Origin: an uncultured Gammaproteobacteria bacterium
GTDB lineage: Bacteria; Patescibacteriota; Patescibacteriia; Magasanikbacterales; GWA2-37-8
Length of the DNA stretch: 64,000 bases
Direction of reading: 5' to 3'
Assembly: GCA_964511375.1 (NCBI GenBank)
Contig: CAZEEW010000001.1
Location: forward strand, 6,512 to 70,511
This document shows, one piece after another, positions 56,574 through 64,000 of this stretch (positions are counted from its first letter, which is position 1; the number at the start of each line of letters is the position of its first letter). The notes beneath the pieces were generated by a model that was not told the DNA's origin, searched no databases, and saw nothing but the letters and a program-made list of their open reading frames with translations. The position numbers and the translations under genes are program-made.

Positions 56574-57839
56574 CTAGCGGCGTTTAAGGATTACCAGTCC
56601 TTCAATGTGTGGTGTGCGGGGGAAGAAGTTGTATAGCCGGGAAAACACAATATTATACTTCTCCTTAAGCAGACGAACATCTCGGGCGTGGGTGGCGAGG
56701 TCACAAGAAAGGTAGATAATTTTTTTTGGTTTTACGCTTAATAATCGCTTGGTTACCTCTTCGTGTAAACCCGCCCGGGGTGGGTCTAAAAAGACAGTCT
56801 GGTCTTCCTTAATTAATTCAGTAATTTCTTCAGTTGGTCGGCAGACCGCCTCAAAATTATTGAGCTTGTTCAAGTCAATGTTTTCTTTGGCCAATTCAAT
56901 TGCTTCAACATTGCTGTCTACCAAGGTACAGCTTTTAATTTTGGCTGACAAAGGAATAGAAATCGATCCGACGCCAGAATACAAGTCTAAAGCCTCCGAA
57001 TCTGGTTCAAGATATTTTTTCATATCTTCCAGGGCCGCTTCAAACACCGGAGAATTAACTTGGAAGAAACTTAAGTTACCAAACTTTAATTTCGTGCCTT
57101 TAATTTTACTTATTAAATAGTCTTGCCCTTGAGAATAAAGTAGTTCGGTTGGAACACTGGCTGGGCTTTTGTGGGTTGAATAGTATAACTGAAAACCAAG
57201 ACAGTTTTTATCCAAAGCTGGGTAAGAACTAAATTCCAGTTTGTCTTTAATGAACATTGCTAAGGCGACCTTACCGTCTGAAGTAGAGCGACCGATTAAA
57301 GACTTTAAACTTCGAATTGGAATCTTAACTTCATTTATCCAATCTAATACCACCCGGGCAGCTTGGTTTATTTCACGGCTCGCCAAAATACACTCGAGTA
57401 TTTGAAAACGAAATTTTTTACCACGTTCAAAAAAAGCCAGGCTAATTTTACCACTATTTTCTGCAAAACTATATTCAATCTTATTGCGGTAATGGTATGG
57501 TTCCGTGTCGTGGACAATATCTAGTTGCAAATCCAAGTCACCAATTTTTTTATAGGTTTCTTCTGCTATTTTTACCTTCCAATCATTTTCTGCCTCGTAC
57601 GACAATATTTGCCACGGGCTGCAAGACAAAAAGTGTTTCTCAATTGGATCAATCCTCTCGGGTGATTTTTCTAAAACCCGCTCTGCAATCCCGTCCCAGT
57701 GTGTCTTGCTCTTTTTGGTAATGTTTACTTCTACTGTTTCGCCCGGTAAAGCATTCCAAACAAAAACAACCTGGCCAGAAGCGGCTCTGCCCAAAGCCTG
57801 TCCACCAAATACTAATTTTTCGATTCTAATTGTTTCCAT
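56574..57839 (-). CDS. RumA/RlmD-type 23S rRNA (uracil-C5)-methyltransferase (TRAM + class I SAM MTase)
   Basis: N-terminal TRAM-like beta domain. SAM motif LDLYSGVGSISIPL. DPPRAGL motif IV. Confidence 0.7.
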   Translation of the reverse strand: METIRIEKLVFGGQALGRAASGQVVFVWNALPGETVEVNITKKSKTHWDGIAERVLEKSPERIDPIEKHFLSCSPWQILSYEAENDWKVKIAEETYKKIGDLDLQLDIVHDTEPYHYRNKIEYSFAENSGKISLAFFERGKKFRFQILECILASREINQAARVVLDWINEVKIPIRSLKSLIGRSTSDGKVALAMFIKDKLEFSSYPALDKNCLGFQLYYSTHKSPASVPTELLYSQGQDYLISKIKGTKLKFGNLSFFQVNSPVFEAALEDMKKYLEPDSEALDLYSGVGSISIPLSAKIKSCTLVDSNVEAIELAKENIDLNKLNNFEAVCRPTEEITELIKEDQTVFLDPPRAGLHEEVTKRLLSVKPKKIIYLSCDLATHARDVRLLKEKYNIVFSRLYNFFPRTPHIEGLVILKRR

Positions 57840-57857
57840 AGTGGGTAAGTTATATCA

Positions 57858-57890
57858 CAAAAATAAACCACCGGCAACCGCCGGTGGTTT
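57858..57890 (-). terminator. Terminator hairpin CCACCGGC-aacc-GCCGGTGG with T-run on the minus strand, after gene 57903..58223
   Basis: 8-bp GC stem read directly. Confidence 0.6.
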
Positions 57891-57902
57891 AGAAGAATTG
57901 GA

Positions 57903-58223
57903 TTAGGAATCAAGAGTTTTTCCGAAAAGTCGCTGGGCAAAAGAGCTTAGATGATTTAACAAATCGCGTAGAGCGACTGCGTCGTAATTTTTGTATTCGT
58001 TGCCCAGGGCTTCTTGCAACGCCCGATATCTTATCGCCTCTTTAATGCTGTTTGTGAGGACCACAAGTTCATTCCAGGCCTTTTCTCTGTTTGCTTCAGA
58101 GGCGTGAGTGATTCTTTCTTCAATCGTCTTGCTTTGAGCCAAAATTTCTGTCGGACTCGGTCTTTCGGTAGTCGCACCTCTTTGATCTGCCGGGGATAAC
58201 CGCCTCCTTCTTTCAAAACTCAT
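57903..58223 (-). CDS. Hypothetical protein (106 aa)
   Basis: ORF only. Co-oriented 4 nt downstream of hppA. Confidence 0.35.
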   Translation of the reverse strand: MSFERRRRLSPADQRGATTERPSPTEILAQSKTIEERITHASEANREKAWNELVVLTNSIKEAIRYRALQEALGNEYKNYDAVALRDLLNHLSSFAQRLFGKTLDS

Positions 58224-58227
58224 ATGA

Positions 58228-60213
58228 TTACTTTAAAAGTAAACCAACAATGAGGAGAGCAACGATGTTGGCAACTTTGATCATTGGGTTAATCGCTGGG
58301 CCAGCAGTGTCCTTGTATGGATCGCCAACAGTGTCGCCGGTTACTGCAGCCTGGTGAGCAAAGGAGCCCTTGCCACCATAGTTGCCTTTTTCAATGAATT
58401 TTTTGGCATTGTCCCAAGCGCCACCACCGGTCGTCATGGAAATAGCAACAAACAAACCAGTAATAATTGTACCAAGCAACATACCGCCCAAAGCCTCTAG
58501 ACCCAAGATCCAACCAACTAAAATCGGTAAGGCGACTGGGATGAGGGCGGGAAGAATCATTTGTGAGATCGCACCTTTAGTAACAATGTCGACAGCTTTG
58601 CTATAGTCAGGTTTAGCTTGGCCTTCCATAATGCCCTTAATTTCTCGGAATTGACGGCGAACTTCCTCAACAACCTTACCGGCTACTTTACCAACTGATT
58701 CCATTAACATGGAACCAAACCAGTATGGGAGCAGGCCGCCAATAAATAGACCGGCTAAAACCTTTGGATCATTGATTAAGAATTGAATTGACTCAGGAAT
58801 TTTGTGAGTAAAATCAGCAAACAAAACCAGAGAGGCTAAACCGGCCGAAGCAATGGCATAACCTTTAGTAACCGCCTTAGTAGTGTTGCCAACGGCATCT
58901 AATTGGTCTGTAACGTCACGAACATTTTCTGGTAATTCACTCATCTCGGCAATACCACCAGCATTGTCGGTGATTGGGCCGTAGGCATCAATCGTTACAA
59001 TAATACCGGTCAAAGACAACATGCTCATGGCAGCAATCGCGACACCATATAAACCCGCCAACCAGTAAGCCCCTAGAATAGCGGCCACAATAAAGATTAC
59101 TGGTAAAGCTGTTGAGCGCATCGACAAAGCTAGCCCAGAAATGATGTTGGTAGCATGGCCAGTCTCTGAAGCTTTGGCAACATTTTTAATTGGGCTATAT
59201 TTTGTTGAGGTATAAAATTCTGTAATCCAAACCATTACTGCTGTGAGGACTAGGCCAATAACGCTAGTTAAGAAAACACGTGTTACATCTAGCCCGGGAA
59301 TATTGCCAACTAACCAACGAGTAATCGGATAAAAGGCAATCAAAGCTAGAACACCACTCGCAACCAATCCTTTGTACAAAGCGTTCATTATGTTTCCAGA
59401 TTTTCCAAGTCTTACAAAAAAAGTGCCAAGAATAGAGGCGATAATAGAAACACCACCCAAAACCATTGGATAAATTACAGCATTAGCATTGCCGACAAAA
59501 AGTAAACCACCCAAAACCATGGCTGCAACTGCTGTTACAGCATAGGTTTCGAAAAGGTCAGCCGCCATACCAGCACAGTCGCCAACGTTGTCGCCAACAT
59601 TGTCGGCAATTACGGCTGGGTTACGTGGATCGTCTTCGGGGATGCCTTTTTCAACTTTTCCAACGAGATCAGCGCCAACGTCAGCGGCTTTGGTAAAGAT
59701 GCCGCCGCCGATACGAGCAAACACGGAAATTAAACTGCCACCAAAACCTAGACCAACCAAGGCAGATAAATCATTAGTTAATAGATAAAAACCAGATACA
59801 CCAAATAGACCAAGACCAACTACTAGTAAACCAGTAATTGATCCTCCCTTTACCGCCATGCCCAAAGCTTCCTTCATTCCCTTTTTGGCGGCCTCAGCCG
59901 TTCGGATGTTGGCGCGAACAGAAATGCTCATGCCAATAATACCGGCCAAACCAGAAAACACTGCACCAACCAAGAAACCAAGAGCGGTTACCCAGTCAAT
60001 AAAGATGCCGAGGAGAATGAAAATCACAACTGCTACCACGGAAATGGTTTTGTACTGACGTCCGAGATAGGCTTTGGCGCCATCTTGAATCGCACGGGCA
60101 ATTGCCTGCATACGATCATCGCCGGCCGGCTGTTTGTTGATCCAAAGAGCCAATACCACGCCATAAATTACGGCGATGAGGGCCGGGACAAGTGCTAAAA
60201 GGAGCACGGTCAT
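58228..60213 (-). CDS. hppA: Membrane-bound proton/sodium-translocating pyrophosphatase
   Basis: [20 protein letters not shown] and [19 protein letters not shown] signatures. About 16 TM helices. Confidence 0.9.
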   Translation of the reverse strand: MTVLLLALVPALIAVIYGVVLALWINKQPAGDDRMQAIARAIQDGAKAYLGRQYKTISVVAVVIFILLGIFIDWVTALGFLVGAVFSGLAGIIGMSISVRANIRTAEAAKKGMKEALGMAVKGGSITGLLVVGLGLFGVSGFYLLTNDLSALVGLGFGGSLISVFARIGGGIFTKAADVGADLVGKVEKGIPEDDPRNPAVIADNVGDNVGDCAGMAADLFETYAVTAVAAMVLGGLLFVGNANAVIYPMVLGGVSIIASILGTFFVRLGKSGNIMNALYKGLVASGVLALIAFYPITRWLVGNIPGLDVTRVFLTSVIGLVLTAVMVWITEFYTSTKYSPIKNVAKASETGHATNIISGLALSMRSTALPVIFIVAAILGAYWLAGLYGVAIAAMSMLSLTGIIVTIDAYGPITDNAGGIAEMSELPENVRDVTDQLDAVGNTTKAVTKGYAIASAGLASLVLFADFTHKIPESIQFLINDPKVLAGLFIGGLLPYWFGSMLMESVGKVAGKVVEEVRRQFREIKGIMEGQAKPDYSKAVDIVTKGAISQMILPALIPVALPILVGWILGLEALGGMLLGTIITGLFVAISMTTGGGAWDNAKKFIEKGNYGGKGSFAHQAAVTGDTVGDPYKDTAGPAINPMIKVANIVALLIVGLLLK

Positions 60214-60294
60214 ACTTAGATAAATTAAAAATTAATTAACATAGTCAGGTTGACTGGTCTATATAATATGTTAGAATAAGGGACACGTCAAGCT

Positions 60295-61617
60295 ATGAAA
60301 TATAAAATAATCCTGCGGTTTTTGCGACTTTTGGTGTATGTTAAGCGATTTGTCTGGTGGGTTGGAGGCGCTCTGTACTTTATTTTGAAGACTCTTTTCT
60401 CCCCTGTCTGGCGGGCCGTGGCTTTTGTTTACTACAAATTAAGCTATCTTCTTAAAAAGGGTGGGTTAAACAAATCTAGTTATTGGTTACTTGGGCGCAA
60501 GGTTTTGCAAGTCATTTCCTTGGCCTTTTTTCTTCTAATCGTTGTTCCCCAGACCAAGCTTTATTCCCGGAAAGATATTATTATCCCCGGCCAAAAAACT
60601 ATTGCCTATGCCTTGTCCCAAACCGAGCAAGATTTTAGTTTGGAAGAGGTGTATGCGGAGGAGCTGGCCGAAAGCGCAGAGGTTTCTCCTTGGCGCGAAG
60701 CAGTAGTAATAGACGAAAATTATTACTCCGGTAGCGGTCCGTCATATATTGACCAAGAACTGGGCGGTATTATGGCTGGCGGAATGGCTTTAAACAAACC
60801 GACGATCCTGCCAGGAGCTTCGGTTTCCAGCCGTCGAGACAAGGTTATTGAATATACTATTGAACAAGGCGACTCTTTAAGCTCAATCGCCTTTCATTAT
60901 GGTGTGAGTGTCGCAACAATCATGTGGGAAAACAATCTAACCTTACGTTCTCTCTTAAAGCCAGGTACGGTTTTACGTATCCCACCCTCCACCGGACTAA
61001 TGCACACGGTTAAGCGCGGAGATACACTAAATAAAATTGCCAATGCTTACGAGGCCAAAGTGGAAGATATTATTAAGTTTAACAAACTAAAAGATGACGG
61101 TAGTGACTTGGTGGCTGGCGAAAAGATCATGATTCCGAATGGCATTCGGCCAGAACAACGAGCAGTTGCCTCTATCCCGCGCAGCAATACAGTTGCTAGA
61201 ACCCCAGTTTCTGTTCCACCTTCTTCGCGTAGCACCCCTTCGGTTAGTGGTTTTGTTTGGCCATCGGCTGCTCGCATGATTACCCAGTATTATAACTGGA
61301 AACACCACGCGATTGATTTAGCTGGTCCAATGAATACAGCTAACTATGCAGCGAAAGCCGGTACGGTTGAAAAAGCGCAGTGTGGTTGGAATAGCGGTTA
61401 TGGTTGTTATATCATTATTAACCACGGTGGTGGGGTAAAGACACTTTATGGCCACCACAACAAACTCTTAGTGTCCCCAGGAGATTATGTTGAGGCTGGC
61501 CAAACCATCGGTCTCATGGGGAACACCGGTAAGGTTTACGGTAGAACTGGTATCCACCTACACTTTGAAATTCAAATCAATGGTGTTCGTGTGAACCCGT
61601 TGGGTTATGTAAAATAA
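60295..61617 (+). CDS. Membrane-anchored peptidoglycan hydrolase with two LysM domains and a C-terminal M23 (LytM) peptidase domain
   Basis: Two LysM blocks (YTIEQGDSLSSIA... and HTVKRGDTLNKIA...). M23 HxxxD ... HLHFE motifs. Confidence 0.8.
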   Translation: MKYKIILRFLRLLVYVKRFVWWVGGALYFILKTLFSPVWRAVAFVYYKLSYLLKKGGLNKSSYWLLGRKVLQVISLAFFLLIVVPQTKLYSRKDIIIPGQKTIAYALSQTEQDFSLEEVYAEELAESAEVSPWREAVVIDENYYSGSGPSYIDQELGGIMAGGMALNKPTILPGASVSSRRDKVIEYTIEQGDSLSSIAFHYGVSVATIMWENNLTLRSLLKPGTVLRIPPSTGLMHTVKRGDTLNKIANAYEAKVEDIIKFNKLKDDGSDLVAGEKIMIPNGIRPEQRAVASIPRSNTVARTPVSVPPSSRSTPSVSGFVWPSAARMITQYYNWKHHAIDLAGPMNTANYAAKAGTVEKAQCGWNSGYGCYIIINHGGGVKTLYGHHNKLLVSPGDYVEAGQTIGLMGNTGKVYGRTGIHLHFEIQINGVRVNPLGYVK

Positions 61618-61666
61618 CACTCTTGAAAAGATGGTGAGAATAGTGTATAACATAGCCACAATCAAT

Positions 61667-61738
61667 GGCCTGGTAGCCAAGTAGTAAGGCAGGAGTCTGC
61701 AAAACTCTTATGCGCGGGTGCGATTCCCGCCCAGGCCT
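61667..61738 (+). tRNA. tRNA-Cys (anticodon GCA), U73 discriminator
   Basis: Acceptor GGCCTGG/CCAGGCC, anticodon loop CTGCAAA. Confidence 0.8.
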
Positions 61739-61777
61739 CAGTTTAAAAAACACCCCCCTTACGAGGTGTTTTTTTCT

Positions 61778-62578
61778 TTAACTATTTGGTAGAAGGTTCC
61801 AACAAAGGTTGAATATGGCACGCTGACTGTCTGCAATTTCTTTGCTGCGTATTATTACACCCAGCATGTCTTTGTGGGAGACAATGAAGACATTGTCTCC
61901 GTAGATGTTAATCTCGTTGCTAATTGTCATTTTTTGTCTGTCCACCAGTTTAACAGTTCGTTTTTCTTCAACACTTTTTCCTTTGAAAGACTGGCCCACA
62001 GGCTCATCAGTTAAAATAGCATTAACATGGATATTTTTTTGAACTCTTTTTTTAATATATCCGGGATAATAGCCGTTAAGTGTTTTGACGGCTAGGCTTG
62101 TATCGTTCCATCCACATATTGTTGTGCTTGGTGTTTTAAGCGTGTCTTCCATTATGTTTACTAATCCATCATAACCTTCATAATATTCGACTCTGGGTTT
62201 ATTCCCTTTGTCTAAAGATACTGCTAGTGCCTCAAGTTCTGGTAAGACAGTTTGGGCCTTCTTTACTTTATCTAGAGCCAGTTCAACAATAATCTTTGGG
62301 TCAACGGCAACAAACTGAGTTATTTTTCGCCTGGAATAAGAGGCAACACACCCCTTTTTCATCAGGGACTTAAGAAGAACATAGGCACTTGGGCGCTTAA
62401 TATGTGCCCTTTTTGCTATTTCTGATGCTGGCGCCCCTCCTAGTTCCAGGGCTGCCAGGTAAATTTTAGCTTCGGCAGATTCGAAGCCGATATCCTTTAG
62501 TGTTCTGGTTAGATCCATATTTTTAATACTGTTGTAATTTACAACAACTATTTTAATATTTAACATGCCGGGTGTCAA
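61778..62578 (-). CDS. TrmB-family HTH transcriptional regulator
   Basis: N-terminal wHTH (ESAEAKIYLAALELGGAPASEIAKRAHIKRPSAYVLLKSL) and C-terminal sugar-sensing-type domain. Upstream palindrome GTTGTAA-t-TTACAAC at about 62590..62604 is a likely operator. Confidence 0.65.
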   Translation of the reverse strand: MTPGMLNIKIVVVNYNSIKNMDLTRTLKDIGFESAEAKIYLAALELGGAPASEIAKRAHIKRPSAYVLLKSLMKKGCVASYSRRKITQFVAVDPKIIVELALDKVKKAQTVLPELEALAVSLDKGNKPRVEYYEGYDGLVNIMEDTLKTPSTTICGWNDTSLAVKTLNGYYPGYIKKRVQKNIHVNAILTDEPVGQSFKGKSVEEKRTVKLVDRQKMTISNEINIYGDNVFIVSHKDMLGVIIRSKEIADSQRAIFNLCWNLLPNS

Positions 62579-62663
62579 TAGCCAATTTTATGCTAATTGT
62601 ATTATAAATTTAGAAATATAAATAATTTAAACAGGGACACAATTTCACATGTAGTTGTAATAA

Positions 62664-62692
62664 TTGACAGTAAGGTAAAATTCGAGTATAAT
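62664..62692 (+). promoter_or_regulatory. Perfect consensus sigma70 promoter TTGACA-17-TATAAT
   Basis: Read directly. Transcript would start about 62699 and carry SD AAGGTGG before ATG 62760. Confidence 0.6.
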
Positions 62693-62759
62693 ACTCGGTT
62701 ACGTTTAAGGCGGAAAGACCGCCCGGGAAAGAACAAGTTCTTTGACAAGGTGGGTGGAC

Positions 62760-63062
62760 ATGCGTGAAGAAAACGGACCCTGGAACGGACTGATTTTCCT
62801 GCTTGTGCTGATCGCGCTTGTAATGTATGTAAACAAGCAAGACGACACAACAAAACCCAAGACACAGGCTGCGGCGTCTTGGGACTATGAGCTGGTGTGT
62901 TTGCCGGCCAGAGATAAGGCGCTTTGTGTTGCAAAGATAAGATATGAAAAAGTGCGCAACCTGTTTTCTGTCACCCCAGAAATGTCGGTCGAAGATTTTT
63001 GCACGGAACCTTTCTGTTCGTCTTTACAGACCGTCTTTTGTCCACCAATCTCTCATACTTAA
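62760..63062 (+). CDS. Small single-TM membrane protein with six Cys (101 aa), compositionally atypical (about 48% GC, CTG-rich Leu codons)
   Basis: Start chosen at Met with SD 7 nt upstream (ORF-track frame 62742..63062). TM segment WNGLIFLLVLIALVMYV. Confidence 0.4.
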   Translation: MREENGPWNGLIFLLVLIALVMYVNKQDDTTKPKTQAAASWDYELVCLPARDKALCVAKIRYEKVRNLFSVTPEMSVEDFCTEPFCSSLQTVFCPPISHT

Positions 63063-63149
63063 CCCAGTCCTTATGGGTTGGGTCGCTACAGTACGCGACT
63101 CGACCTCCAGGGCAACTAAACAGTTAGTTTCTCTAGAGGGTCGCGTACT

Positions 63150-63187
63150 GTGATAATAAAAACACTTACCCTTTGGTGAGTGTTTTT
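63150..63187 (+). terminator. Strong rho-independent terminator (ACACTTACC-cttt-GGTGAGTGT plus TTTTTTC), preceded by a complex hairpin region (63063..63145)
   Basis: 9-bp stem including one G:U, plus T-run, read directly. Confidence 0.65.
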
Positions 63188-63227
63188 TCTTGCTAAAAAA
63201 CTTGGAGACGGGTAAAATATCTTCACT

Positions 63228-64000
63228 ATGAAGTTTGTTATTATCGACGGCAATGCCATTATTCATCGTGCTTATCACGCCCTACCTCCTTTGACGACCA
63301 AAGACGGTCGAATGGTGAATGCGGTGTATGGTTTTGCCTCGATGTTGCTCAAAGTTTTGCAAGACCTAAAACCCACCCATCTGGCGGTTGCTTTTGATGT
63401 GGCTGGAAAAACTTTCCGTCACGTTGAATATGATAAGTACAAAGCAACTCGCGTCAAAGCTGACCAAGAGTTATATGACCAAATACCCTTGGTTCATGAA
63501 TTAGTTAGTACCCTTGGTTTTCCGATCTACACTAAAGAAGGTTACGAAGCCGACGATGTAATTGGTACGATCGTGGAGATGTTTAGGGGGGACAAAAACA
63601 AAGACAAAGAGCTGTTTATCGTGACTGGTGACATGGACACCTTGCAATTAATAGATGGTTTTGTGAAAGTATATACCCTAAGGAAAGGCATGAGTGATGT
63701 GGTTATCTACGATCACGATGGTGTTATCGAAAAGTATGGGTTTGGACCAGACCGAGTTGTTGACTACAAAGCTTTGCGCGGAGACACTTCAGACAATATC
63801 CCAGGCGTACCGGGTATTGGTGAAAAGACGGCAACAGAATTAATTCAAAAATACGGGGGTATTGAAGATGTATATAAACAACTTAAAGCTTCTGGATCAA
63901 AGTTAAGAAAAGAAATGAAGGAAGGGGTAATAAAGAAGCTGGAAGAGGGAGAAGAAAGTGCTAAGATGAGCTATCATTTGGCCAAGATCGAGTGTTCGGT
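63228..64000 (+). CDS. polA: DNA polymerase I, N-terminal 5'-3' exonuclease domain (gene continues beyond window end)
   Basis: MKFVIIDGNAIIHRAYHALPPLTT...GFASMLLK...YKATR...EADDVIGT...GDxDxxQL....GIGEKTA. Confidence 0.8.
   Translation, partial: MKFVIIDGNAIIHRAYHALPPLTTKDGRMVNAVYGFASMLLKVLQDLKPTHLAVAFDVAGKTFRHVEYDKYKATRVKADQELYDQIPLVHELVSTLGFPIYTKEGYEADDVIGTIVEMFRGDKNKDKELFIVTGDMDTLQLIDGFVKVYTLRKGMSDVVIYDHDGVIEKYGFGPDRVVDYKALRGDTSDNIPGVPGIGEKTATELIQKYGGIEDVYKQLKASGSKLRKEMKEGVIKKLEEGEESAKMSYHLAKIECS

Noticed and set aside
62602-62934. Minus-strand ORFs 62602..62934 and 62610..62840
   Set aside because: Low-complexity, no RBS. They overlap a plus-strand ORF that has a consensus promoter, SD and TM helix.

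Overview
The window reads as a low-GC (about 40%), gene-dense bacterial chromosome segment with many short intergenic regions and many exact-consensus sigma70 promoters. The gene content looks like a small-genome Candidate Phyla Radiation (CPR)/Patescibacteria-type organism, but that placement is inference.

A replication-origin neighbourhood sits at 50-54 kb: dnaN, an AT-rich intergenic region with DnaA boxes, dnaA, then a second DnaA-box cluster beside divergent rpmH-rnpA-yidD. The window also carries rpsF-ssb-rpsR, efp, tig, nfo, polA (partial), PBP1A, H+-pyrophosphatase, nine tRNAs, a zur-zupT operon and a five-gene copper-homeostasis cluster (PAS sensor, CsoR, HMA/DsbD_2/cupredoxin protein, CopZ, CopA). 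No CRISPR array, rRNA, transposase or integrase was recognised.

Candidates for undescribed biology, in rough order of interest:
1. A tight three-gene operon next to tRNA-Gly: a soluble VirD4/TraD-like P-loop ATPase, a 568-aa cytoplasmic cysteine-rich repeat protein, and a signal-peptide thioredoxin fused to CcdA/DsbD.
2. A roughly 250-bp GC-rich island (about 65% GC) at 44.05-44.33 kb that folds into a long imperfect hairpin. It is followed by an AT-rich stretch with two 20-bp palindromes and a DnaA box, then a consensus promoter driving a roughly 300-nt ORF-poor, hairpin-rich transcript ahead of a dksA-like gene and lspA.
3. Two diverged, inverted gamma-glutamyl-cyclotransferase-like paralogs flanking a promoter-equipped 321-aa gene of unknown function.
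4. A CopA P-type ATPase carrying an extra C-terminal transmembrane helix plus a roughly 260-aa domain.
5. A GC- and codon-shifted promoter-gene-terminator module at 62.66-63.19 kb encoding a 101-aa cysteine-containing membrane protein.
6. A self-contained promoter/terminator unit encoding a 52-aa hyper-acidic peptide.

Product calls come from motifs read directly in the translations. None has been database-verified.
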